NCBI GenBank assembly: GCA_050084515.1
Contig: CM114271.1
Location: 17,794,001-17,858,000 of the forward strand
Direction: 5' to 3'
Length of the DNA: 64,000 bases
DNA from: Blasia pusilla
Lineage: Eukaryota
The position numbers and the translations under genes were made by a program. The notes below the pieces were generated by a model. The model saw only the letters and a program-made list of their open reading frames with translations, made no database searches and had not been told where the DNA came from. This document shows positions 37,907 through 49,875 of the stretch, one piece after another; the first letter of the stretch is position 1; every line of letters starts with the position of its first letter.

Positions 37907-40544
37907 CTATGTAGGGATCAAAACCTGGGCAATATGTCGACAATGTCTACGCTGATTGTAAATGTAGCCCACCATGACAACGCCCACGAGTAGCAGTCCG
38001 ATTTTCACTGCCAGAACCGAAGAATTCGCGAAAAGTGTGCTATCTGAAGTTTGGCTTGACATAACTAAGGACCGTCCAGTAGTCGGTGGTTGGCGCTGCT
38101 TTGAAACCGCCGGTGAATTTAGCTCTTCATCGATGTCGACAATATCAGGTCCAGCATGTACCTGCTTAGTGCTCTCCTTTGGTGAGCACTCGCGTGCACC
38201 AAGTGTTATGTCCATCGCGTCGTTGGTTATTTCTCTCTCTCCGTCGTAAATGTGGGAATTATCAATTGTAACCGAAGGTGAGCTCATCACCGACGATTCT
38301 GTGCTGCCATCATAGCGTATATTTCTGGAGCAATCAGCTGCACAAGATAGCTCTGATGACTGGTCAACATGAGTAGCTGTTCTGAACTTCTTGTGAGACT
38401 TCTTGCTCGCTCTAGTCTTCTTCCTCAATTTACTCGCCGTGAGTTCGAACAGAGCTTCCGCCGTCTGCACTCTGGCAGAAAGACACGACTCTATCTCATG
38501 CAGAAACTCCGATAGCACCACGGGTCGTTCTTCGGTTGCGCCGTTCCAGACATTCTTGAATGCACATTCAGTTTGAGATTCAGACACCTCCAAGGTCCTA
38601 TTGCAAAGTTTACCGTCGTCAGATTCCTTACCGGCTCCGACAGCATCAATCCCACGATCCAAACAGCGGCGAACTTCCGGATCAGAACAGATCGTCGGGT
38701 GCTGCAGGGGCTGATCAAGAGTTAACGTTCCAGACATGTTACGATTTGTGTCCCAGGAAGGTTGTATTACCTCGCTCTCATCTCTACGGAACGCGGCATT
38801 TTCTTCCGGTATTTGGATCTGTTGTTGTGTTCTAGAGAAACCTGCTCCGCTCGTGTGGAAACATCTGCCGAAGACCGGTTGTATTTCCTCGTTCTCATCT
38901 TTACGGAACGTTGCACTTCCTTCCTGCTTTTCGGTCCGTTGACTCGTTTGAGAGAAACCTTCTTCGCTCATGTAACTTCGACAGACTCCTAGGACAATGT
39001 CGGACTCTAAGCTGTCCCACAATTCACTTCTATTTAACGGAATCGGAAAATCGCCGGCCGACATGTGTCGCCCCAAAAGTGGTGAGAAAGATGCTCCATT
39101 GCATTCCTTATCTTCCGAATCTATTGTGTCATCCACTGACGGACGAGGCGGTGTATTCCAAGAGTAATGCAGACAACCAATGTCTGGCAAGGTCCGAGTA
39201 TCTTGATCCGGAGGGATTTCCACATGATCCGGATAGATCACCTGGAAATCTGAAGAACAACCCGCAGTCTCCTCGTTGCAGCGTAAAGCCTCCACATCCG
39301 TATGTATGCTGAAAGGTGACAAACAGGAGGTAGGCCATTTGGTTTCCTCAAACTCTGGCACAATGCGGCGGCACACGACACGATTCTCAGAGACATGAGA
39401 AGGACTTCCGAAGATGGGTTGGTCAGGAGTGTCGGGATCATTTCTTCTCCAATGGTCCCCTCCACCAAACTTGGACCCGGAGTCGGAACTCAACCAAATC
39501 CCCGGTGGACTTCTAGAGAACTTGTCCAGCATCATATGAGTATTCATCCTGATCATCTTGCAATTGTCCTGCGGATCGTTTGCCCCGATCGCCAAGCAAG
39601 ACTTAACTGCTGGAAGATCAAGCATATTCCAAACGCTGGGGGATTTTACCAGACCAACGAGATTTTCAGTATCGTCCATGATAGTATTGCTGTTCGGCTG
39701 CCCTTTCAGACTCGTGGTCACGCTCCTGCTTTCACGTGTAGAATAAGATAATCGCACGTTAGAACTAGAGGACTCAATCTGTGCCCATGATGTAGCCGAT
39801 TCATGGTCGGATGATTCATCCTCAAAGGAATTCCATTTGACAGAGGCGACCGCCGGCCGAGGCATTTGAGTGGATTCATGGACCGTCGGGTTGCAATCTA
39901 ATCTACTAATATCCCGAAGTTCCACAGTAAGGACTCCTCTTGGCTTGCACTTCCTCCGATCTTTGACCATGGTTACTCCGTCAGGTGCCATTACGAGACC
40001 CGATCTGTAACCCTGATTGCCCGTGTTTGCGGGCGCGCGACGAGTTTTTTTAAGGAACTCCGGAGAGCTTGATGACTCAAGAAGTGGAGTTTCAGCGTCC
40101 CATTGCATTAATTTCGTGTTGGTGGAAATTGCATTACCTTCGTGTTGCTCCGCAGTACGAGCACCATTCTTCTTAGTCTTCTTTTTGCCGGATACCTCCA
40201 GGATTTTTCCTCACCAATTGCCGCGCTGATCCTACAAAGATACCATCCACGTCCTCGCTTACATGCAATGTGTCGGAAGACTCCTTTCGTGGAGAGGCCC
40301 GCCCCTGGAGACGTTGTTCATTCGACTTGACACTACTTGCCAACCATTCTGTAGCACAAATGCTTGAATATGTTTTGGTTCCTGAAGGCACTGGAGACCG
40401 ATTTCCAGGCTTGTGCTCGCCAAGTGGTCTGATGGCTCGTTCAGGAGAAACCAGAAGGGCGGGTCCATGGGCAACCAATCCTGGCGCTCTGTTCTCCTTT
40501 GAACGTGGTGAAAGCGGAGAATAAAGTTGTGTAAATTGAGACAT
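37907..40544 (-). CDS. ~880-aa low-complexity protein with a C-terminal TM helix and KASH-like tail (...VLIPT); probable 1-bp indel at 40204-40208 joins ORFs 40173-40544 and 37907-40108
   Basis: 733-aa ORF. Removing one A from an A5 run gives a continuous ...SARQLVRK|ILEVSGKKKTKKNG...KLMQWDAE. Internal motif DRRKCKPRGVLTV. C-terminus VLAVKIGLLLVGVVMVGYIY-NQRRHCRHIAQVLIPT*. Confidence 0.8.
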
Positions 40545-42649
40545 GGAAAAGAATTCTCGTTTCCCAACTCAACCACACCTTCCCACCCTAACTCGCAAAC
40601 TTCAGTACCTGAGGAACAAATTGTCGGAGGCTTATTAGCAATGGAACTTCGAAGATCCAAGAAACTATAGCCAATTACATAAAACGAGCTCACAAGCCAA
40701 TCCCTGGACAGATCAGAATCGCAAGTTGGGGAAGTAAAGTGCGTGTGCGAGGGAAGCACGCTTTAAAGTGACGAACGACTGCGGATTTACCAAGCAAGGA
40801 AACAGAAAAACTAATAGTCCGCGCCTACCTACACATCCAAGGCAGGAGTAGAGGAAGAAACGAAATGCAGATCTGTCACATCTACCGCAAGCAGACATCT
40901 ACACGCGGATTCAGATTCGAAGCCTCACCAATTATAGTGATCTAGGAGGAAACCCATGAGTGCCTCTATTGCCACTGCTAATGCAGCCTTCATAAATGAT
41001 GGATTTACAACTTGCATCATCTAGAGCATATTCTGCTCTCATGTTCCTTCATCGCAATTCCAAAATAATATTCTTCACTCACTGCGAAAGCACACGAGGC
41101 GATGAGCGTACAGGAAATCGCGAAAACGACGAAAAAATCGTGGCCTGGTAAAAGAGACATCTAAGTGAGCCTGCATTCGCTATCCATCGCGAAACTCCAC
41201 GTTCAACATAGTTAAAGGGAAGTTTTCTTTGACAGCTCCAGTGAAGCTAATCAATTCCGTGACAATTTTGACTGGTAAAAATGGCAGATTCACTTCCTCG
41301 TTCCAGCTACAAGCAGGAAATGAAGAATCATTGCCATCAACTGGTTTCAAAAGTGACCGGGTCCTTGAAATTATAACAGGTACTGTCATGATAAGGGAAT
41401 CCATTGGCAAGATCACAGCAAGCAGATCGAGAACTCCATTCACGGTACCGTACTCTCCCAATCGCAACACGAAAGCACGGATATCACTCAGGAAGCACTA
41501 CATTTTCAGTTCTAATCAAATCTTGATCCAATCAACCGCCATCGCCTACGACGAAGACGTCCCGGCCCGAACACTCAACAATGCGGAAAATCCTCAGCTA
41601 CCACAAACGCGAAAGACGAATCCATCCAATACACCAAACTCAGCATCCCCGTGAGGACAGAACATCAAGAAGTTTGCAACAATACGTAACAAACATATAC
41701 CAAAACCTCCCAAATCGGAGACACCAACCACACTCACACTCGCGCCACCTCCATTCCTTTCCCATTTACCCCGACTTCCTCCCACCCGAACGAGTCCTCG
41801 CAAACAAAGCGCAGTCCAATACAGAATCACATACATCGCACCGCAAACAACACGCCTCCCGTATTCGGCTTCATCGGCAACCGCGCTTCCGGATGAGGAA
41901 GCGAATCCCCACTCCTGCCTCGCACACTCCGAGTCGGGATCTGCAGCAGCCAATCTGTCAATCAATCTGCCTGTCCTTCTGTCGCCGACTTGTAATGGCA
42001 AACGGCGATGAGGTGAGAGAAACAGAGGGGAGGAGAGCGGGAATATCTAGTCGCAGCTCTAGCAAGTTTGAACGAGTTTGAATGAAGTAGCGCTGGGATT
42101 GTTCGATTCTTCACGCTCCCGATCGTAGCACTACCCTATATTTGTATTTCCCTCTCCTGTCTCATGCGGGATGAGGTTGGGGTTCTTTTAACTTCTTTTA
42201 CTTAGTTATTTCTGACTTTCTTTCTATTTTATTTCTTTTTATTTTTTATTTTTTATTTAGTAGGACGTGTACTGCTGGCCTGGAGCCGATACGGTGGAAT
42301 TTAAGGGTGAAGTTGTCGTATTTGATCTCTGAATCATTTAAGGGAATATTCTACTCCAGAAAGTTCAGGACGTTTTAGTGATGAATTTCCAGTTTTCCTT
42401 GCACGAGTGTTGTATTTATCTCTTTGATTTTTATATCGCCTTTATTGAGAGTAACTATTTATCTCTCTCCCACAAATGATTATTGTGATGTTATTTGTGT
42501 TAGGGTTAAAGTATTTTAACACATCTGTATGGATTCCCGTGTCAATTTTTTAAGAGCTAAATAAGTAACGCCGATATTTGTCGTGCAAATTTACGGATAA
42601 GTTGCTTTGATGTCAACTTTTATGATTAGTACTTTTATTTGCATACTTT

Positions 42650-44000
42650 TAATAAACACAACCACTACACCCAATATAGAGCCATGTGGGGACTTCCCAT
42701 GACTACCCATGGGTCATATAATGGTAAGGGTATGTAATAGGCAATGATAAGCAAGGTATCCTCACCAAAGTGGCGATTCCATAAGGATTCACATATGGTT
42801 ACGTGCGATAGTCATTTGCATGGGCCAAGGAGAGGTTAAAAATGAGGGGAATGAACAAGAATTATTGGTCCATACACTCAACCGAAGTATGCCAAAAGGG
42901 TTTATACTCGCTCTACAAGTTGTTGGTTAGGTCCCTAGTCATCTATCCCTACCTAACGTGGCATACATTTATATGATGCTACAAGAAAATAGATCATGTG
43001 GTCATGTAGCCCCATCACTAGTTGCTTTCTTCTCATCAATATCACTAAAATGAGTCCAAATCTCTAGCCGCCTATCCTATACACAATTGAGACACATCCA
43101 TCGTCCTTGAGAAACCCTAACGAGAGGTGGAATCCAACATGATATATGCCACCCTCTCAAGCACCCATCATACACTATAATGGTGGTCGCCCCTTTAGCA
43201 AATCTACACATCATACGGAGCAAGCCTAAAGTTACCACTGCCAAGCTTGGTTCAATTTTCTCGTCGATGTTGGGAGGGTGCATGTCATACGATTACACAT
43301 ATGGTTCTTCCAAACCATACAATCATGTCTCTCTAACAAGAGGAGGCTTGATGGAAAAATCTCACGCGATCTCAAAATAGTGAGCCTTGTTGTAACATTC
43401 AAAACCCGTTGAGGTCATCTGCTTCAAGTAAACATAGTCTCCTGGATGAAACCTCTAAATTTTTTTGTCAATAGCCTTCTCCCTCTATAATCGCATATCC
43501 TGACATTTCTTGATGTTTTGCAATAACCAAGTTCTAAAATATCATGGTGATGCCTCTTTGGGATATCTCTATCACCTCAAAACATAGTTTGTATCTACCC
43601 ATGTACATTATTGAGGTTCAACACTTCATTAATATCGTGACATCTAGTTGTAGATAAATCTAGCTCTCGTCTATAAAGCAAAAATTAAAATGAAAACAAT
43701 GTCAAGGAAGTCTCTGCTAAATTTATACCCATCACCAACCATGACAACTATAGATTCCAATCCCCTAGGTGAACTCTCTCAAAGCCATACTTGCAAAAGC
43801 CCTTTGCCTTAACTAGAAAATTCCCTTTACTAAACAACCCATCTCAAGGTGATCTCGTGACATCCAAATATAGACGCCAACTTAAAATATGAAATAAAAG
43901 TACATATTCCATAAGATATAGATGTCTTTGACCCATTATTAGGAAGTCTTCATATCTCTATCCCATTGGCCATCCTACCCTTACTACAAAGGTCTACCTT
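42650..44000 (-). mobile_element. Degenerate Ty3/gypsy integrase C-terminus followed by a PHD finger; boundaries approximate
   Basis: Minus-strand relics RFHPGDYVYLKQ (~43420-43455) and DGCLRGWHISCWIPPLVRVSQGRWMCLNC (43077-43170), a PHD-finger pattern. Confidence 0.6.
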
Positions 44001-45384
44001 GCACTTGTTTAAAAGGCCGTGCATTTTAAACTAGTTGTATCTCTTAGAAAAGGACTCTCTAGTAATGCATCACACAAACATCACCTATGCATTATCCAAT
44101 TTGATTGGATCATTTTAACCACCGTTTAAGTAAGAAAGAAAAACCAAGGAAAAGCGCAATACCTCGTACTTCACATCATATGTAATAAACTAATTGAAGT
44201 TACAATATTCACAAGTTTCAGTTCTTCCAAACATCTGTATCTACTTAAATGCTATGTTCTTTTGAAGATTCTTGGACATACTAATGCCTCCAAATAAAAG
44301 AAGTTGCAATTAACAAAAGAACGTGTAAACGTGATTGAGTAAGACGTGATGATCCATGAACGTGGAATAATAAGAATAGTGCCATGGCACTATTCTTATT
44401 ATTCCTTTGTGGAATAGAATGCTTTCAATTTGTAACCACGTGATAAAATTCTAGAGTGTAGTATCTCGTGTAGTATTGCCTCATGCGTGTATAGAGGTAT
44501 CAAAATATTGTAATTAATGTATCTAAGTAGATACATGGCCAGAAACATGGGATTCATGATACCATGACTTTCACATGAGGAGGACTATGGCGGAGGAGAT
44601 GGAGGGACGTCTACAATTTTGCTTCTAACTATTTCCACGGTGATCCAATCTTTTCAATCTAAAGCTCAATGTGTTCATCTTCTAAAGCTTGAACTTTGGG
44701 GTCTTCTTTTTTCCACTTAAGATTGAGTTTTTTCCAAAGTTCTTGGGATCTTTGGACCTTCTTCTTTCCTAAATGTGCTCATAGATTCCTATACGCAATT
44801 TCACGCATAGTGCTCTCCTTATAGAGTGATATCGGGTTACCATTGATTTAAGGGATTCCTCTTGCTTTTCTGGATCTTTTGATACGGGTTGGGCCCAAGA
44901 TTACGAACTCATTCCCTCATAGCAATCATTAGTGGGTGGCTCACTTACTCCTCACATCCTTTTTTTTGGTGTTCCAATTTCTTTCATACCTTTCTTCTGG
45001 AGTGTCGGTTTTGGACGTGTTTGGGCTTGTTTCGATCGTCTTGACGAGCTCGTTCTTTTTATATCAAGTAGGTTTTCTAGTTGTTATTCCTTCTCCGTAG
45101 GACCCTATTTTTTTGTATGGGTTTGTTTTAGGTCAATTCCTCCCAAAAGTCTTCCTTGTTCTTTCAACTCCTTACCTTACTGTTTCGCCCCTACATACGT
45201 TTGCCATCTCCTTAAGGACATTAGAAATTCATATTCTTGAGCCACCTCTTCGGACACCATATAGATCACTTTTCTTTTTCAATTGCTTTTTCTATTTTTC
45301 TTATAGTAACTTTCAATCATAAATTCAGTATTGCCTGATCTTCTTCTCTCCATCTAAATTTCTTTTGGACGGATTCCACTACTT

Positions 45385-48300
45385 TTGTTTTTCTCGTTAT
45401 GCTCATGCTTTCTCAAAACCACGTTTGATATGTCTTCCCTTGTCTTCCATGACTTGCCTACCTTTGCTTCTATGTCATCAAAGTTGGAGTTGGATTCTCC
45501 ATCTACTCACTTATTTGGTTTTACACGCCCTCCTTCAGCCGTAACATCTCCCCCTAGTTCACCTCCTCATCGTAGATCTCGCCATTTTCCTCCATATGCT
45601 AATACAGCCATGACACTCGCTGCATTTCTTCCGGATTCTCCTCTTCTCTCCTCTTTGTCTTGTCCTATTGAGCCTAATCTTGATCCATTATAACCGAATC
45701 CTTCTATTTTTCCATCCCCACATATCTCATCTATGCCCTTGCTTCCAACTCCCATATATTCTACCCGAATATCCCCTCTTCCTCCTCCTCCTTCCCCAAC
45801 CTACTTACCCCCTCATCGTCGTCCATCACCACCTCTTCCTCCTCCTCCTTCCCCAACCTACTTACCCCCTCATCGTCGTCCATCACCACCTCTTGCACCT
45901 CCCACCTCCTCTCCTTGTAACCCTTCTACTTCTCCATTTGTACCAAAGGTTCATTGCATACCTTGTGGTAAGGAGTTTGCTCCTAATGGGATCACAAGAC
46001 ATCAGCAATACTATCGATCCATGCATGGGCCTTCAATCCCTAGCCCAATACCACCTCCTACTGCACTCCCCACAACAACATCTTGGACCTCGTTAAGCCA
46101 AATTGATCTCCTTCGCTCTTTCCATCCAGGTCTCCTCGTCCTAGACTCTACACTCGCTTCCTATTGCTCTTCGCCCCATCACCCAACAAGCTTTGTTTTT
46201 CCCATTAGAAAGGTTAGCACGTGATCCCACAGATATCAATGCTTGATATCTCCTATTACTCTTCCCACAATGGGTTTTAGTCCTCCCTCCAAGGGGTGGT
46301 GCGACGGGTCATCGTGAAACCTTCACAGGTATTCGACGCTTTATGTCTGGGGATTGGGAGAATCTTCAAAATGAGCACGTACTTCAAGCAGAGGCCTTAG
46401 TTGTGGCTCATCCCTCTCAACATGCCAATAATGGGAGGCCATCAATACAAAAATGCCTTCGACAAAGTCTACTTTTGGGGCAGGTTGGTGAGTTTTCACG
46501 TGCAACTCGAGCATTGGGTCCTCTTTCTCCTACGGCTCCAAGTACGGAAACAGTGGCTTTCTTAGAAGCTCTTCACCCTCCTTCAAGTGGCGATGCTCCA
46601 CCTTTTGTGGAAGACTGTACAACGGATCTTAACTTGGAGCTTGACTTGGAGGTTTTCACAAGGGCTTTTATGCATACTCCTTGCTTATCAGCACGCAACC
46701 TATTAGGGATGGTTTTTTACCATCTCCGCGATTGCTTTATCCGTCAGATTCAGCAAGTGGCTTTGTCTCTCTATATAAGGTGTGTGCACATATGGCGGTA
46801 GGTCGTCTCCCATTCTCTATCTCTAGGCTCTTAGGGGCTTGTCGTTTGTTGGCTATGGATAAGCCTCCTTCAGGTGTGCGCCCTTTGGCTATTGGAGAGG
46901 TTTTATACCGCTTGGTTAGTCGATCCCTATGCTTGCAATTTTGTCCTCACTTTAGTGCCCACTTATTTCCTCATCAATTTGGAGTGGCAACTCCTGGAGG
47001 TTGTGAGGCTCTAGTGCATGGGATTCGCTCCACTCTTGATATTCATCCAGATTGGGTAGCAATTCAAGTCGATATGGCTAACGCATTCAATTCAGTTTCT
47101 CGTGCGGTCATCTTTGAGGAGTTACGTTGTGCAAGGGGGACAACTTGCGAGCCTCATTCCATTTGTTCGCTCCTTCTGTGCCTATGATACGCCCATTATC
47201 TATTCCCATCATGCTACTTCCGGGGAATATAGTATTCTACAATCGGCTTGTGGCACACATCAAGGTGATCCCATGGGTGGCCCACTCTTTGCCATTGCCC
47301 ACTTTCGTGCCCTTCAAGCATCAGCGCAAGCATTTCCATCTGGTCTTTTCCCTTCTGTTGCTGATGACACTCACATTATAGGTCCTTCTTCTGAAGTGGT
47401 TCGTGCTTATATCCATTTCGTGGAGCAACTCTCTTTCTTAAACCCTTAAAGTCCAACCTAGTAAATGTGGAGTATGGTCTCCTTCATGCCTTCCCTCAAC
47501 ATTCACCCCACCTACTCCTGATTTTCCCATCTACATTGAAGGGGTTAAGGTTCTTGGGGTCCCAATTGGCTTCATCGACTATGTCTCAAAGTTTTTGGAT
47601 GAGGCCCTTTTGAAAGACGTGGAATGGCTTCATTTGTTACCTCATCTAGGGGATCCCCGAGTGGCTTATGGGATTCTCTCCCAATGTTTTCTACGACGTC
47701 CTTCCTACCTTCTTCGCACTTGTCCTCCCACTTCAAGGTTTTTACATCAGTTGGCCTCTTTTGACGCTTCTATCTTGGCAACTTTTGGTCAACTTCTTGG
47801 CCGAAATACCTTTGAGGGAGAGGATGGTGTCTTTGCTTCACGACAAGCTATCTTGCCTATTTCTTTTGGAGGGGTGGGATTGTCCTCCACAATCGCATCT
47901 ACTCCCGTATCCTTTTTGGGGAGTTGGGCGTTGGTAGCACCGATTATGGCTTTAAGGTTTCTCCAAGGAAATACACCTATCTTGATGGATCATATCGCCC
48001 GTGTAGAGGAGGGGGACTTGTTATTTCAACAACAATTGAGATCTGCACGAGCTCTTCTTCCTCTTGCTACACAAGCAATTCTACCCCCTTTCAGTCAATT
48101 GATTACGGAAGGGCTTGATCGACTTCAAGAGCATATCTCCGAGAATCTGCATCAAATAAACTTTTCCAACATTCTCTCCGAGGCATCCTGTGACGCTCAT
48201 CGAGCTCATTTGCGTTCATGAGCGGGTACCAAAGCGGGGGCGTGGCTTACTGCAAATCCTCTTATTCTTCCATTTCGTCTTCCTCGAAGTGTATTCTCGA

Positions 48301-49125
48301 CAGTTTTGCGGTTACGTCTTGGACTTCCCCATCCTTCTCTGTTAGGTGTGCCGAATTGTGTATGCGGGGATCCCATTGATGCCAATGGTATCCATATTCT
48401 CCGATATGCACATGGTGGAGAACGAACGGCCACACATGATGTGATTAGAGAGGCGGTAGCATCGGTGGCTCGTACTGCATGATACACCATTGGGCAAAAG
48501 CAACTTCGTGTCCTACCTTCAACCACACAAGCAACCTCTCGTCGGAGAGTGGATCTTGTTATGTCTCGAGTTGGATTCCGGACACTAGGTGATATGGTGG
48601 TTGCTGATCCAACACGTTCTGACTTGGTGTGTCGAGCCGCACATACCAAAGGCTTGGCGAACGAAGCTACAATAAAAATCAAGGAGTTAAGTTATGTTGT
48701 GAGACATGCAACTGATGGACTTATTCCTTTTGCACTAGAAGTATTCGATCATTTACATGTATCTTTTGATACTTTCCTGAAAACATGTGCTCACCACTCC
48801 CTCGAGAATCATCACATTGCCCCTTCTCGTAGTCCTTCTCTCTCTGTAATCACTACTTATTTCCGACAATACATCTCAATGATCTTACAATATGCACAAG
48901 CATTGGCATTGATACATCACGCGAAGGTGGTGGGGGTCGTTCCCCTCGACGTCCATTCATGTCCGACCAACCACTCATGTTCTTGTCAAATTTATTTCAA
49001 GCTATAAATCGTGTAGCTCGTCAAGTCGGCGTTTGCGTTGGCTAGTTGCCATTTTCTTTTTTGCATTCTTTTGAGATGTTATTACCTTTCTTTGTCTTTT
49101 TTTGAGGTTTATTTTATAATAAAAT
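45385..49125 (+). mobile_element. Decayed non-LTR retrotransposon with restriction-like endonuclease (CRE-like clade); 5' end uncertain
   Basis: N-terminal zinc finger (CIPCGKEF....ITRH). RT motifs GVRPLAIGEVLYRL, HQFGVATPGGCE, QVDMANAFNSVSR, QGDPMGGPLF, ADD. LPISFGGVGL. Zinc knuckle CVCG...H..R..HGGERTATHD. RLE motifs RRVDLV..DMVVADP..K...Y..LIPFALE. T-rich 3' UTR ending near ATAATAAAA. Many stops and frameshifts. Confidence 0.88.
45775..45888 (+). repeat. 57-bp perfect tandem duplication (PLPPPPSPTYLPPHRRPSP x2)
   Basis: Direct repeat in the proline-rich N-terminal region of the non-LTR element. Confidence 0.9.
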
Positions 49126-49875
49126 GGATACATATTAACCAGTTGTATTTTCATTGACCATTCCTACAATTGCGCACCGGCTTCATATCACAGGAAAGCA
49201 ATATGTAGACCTCCCTTCCAAGACCATCCGACGACCCAAGTACACAATGGAATGAGAGGACATGCATTAGACACAACCAGGTGGAAAAGGAGGAAATTGT
49301 CCTTGATGCTGAAAGATAAAAGAATAGAAGTGTGACAGGATCTCACCTACATGCATTTGAAGTCAGTTTTATGCACACAATGTATTCAAGATATCCATAG
49401 AAAATGTGTTGAGGAACCGCTGTATGTCCAAGAAGCACATGATCACATCATACACATAAGTCAGCTCGAAATCAATTATGAAGTGAATTCGCTATTGAGT
49501 GGAACTCTCAAAAGGGAAGGCCATCTCACCATGTTTGCTTATCAAGAAACCTACCTATCCCACCATTATCTGCTTTTGGCCCTGAGACAGTTGTCAAAGC
49601 CATATAGCCACCTGTGCCCCAATGGTTTTTAGCTTGTAGCCGAAGTGTGTGATCGCTACAGTTCACAATTACTAGGTGAAAGAACAATCCACCTAAACTT
49701 TGTACATTATTCAGTTGTCATATCCTATTCTACAATCTCGTAGTTATTCCACGAGTCGATTAAGAACCCATTCCTATCTAATTAAGTCTCCTACAAGCTA
49801 CATGTAATTATTCAAATGTAGGTACACTAACTAAAATAGGGTTCAATTTGATAGCTGCTGCGATATTTGTTGCTA

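Noticed and set aside
41180..42081. ORFs of 96-166 aa on both strands
   Set aside because: No recognisable motifs; more likely the 5' UTR, intron or promoter of the - strand gene at 37907-40544.
45733..46224. Extensin-like proline-rich protein
   Set aside because: It is the N-terminal region of the non-LTR element and runs into its zinc finger and RT.
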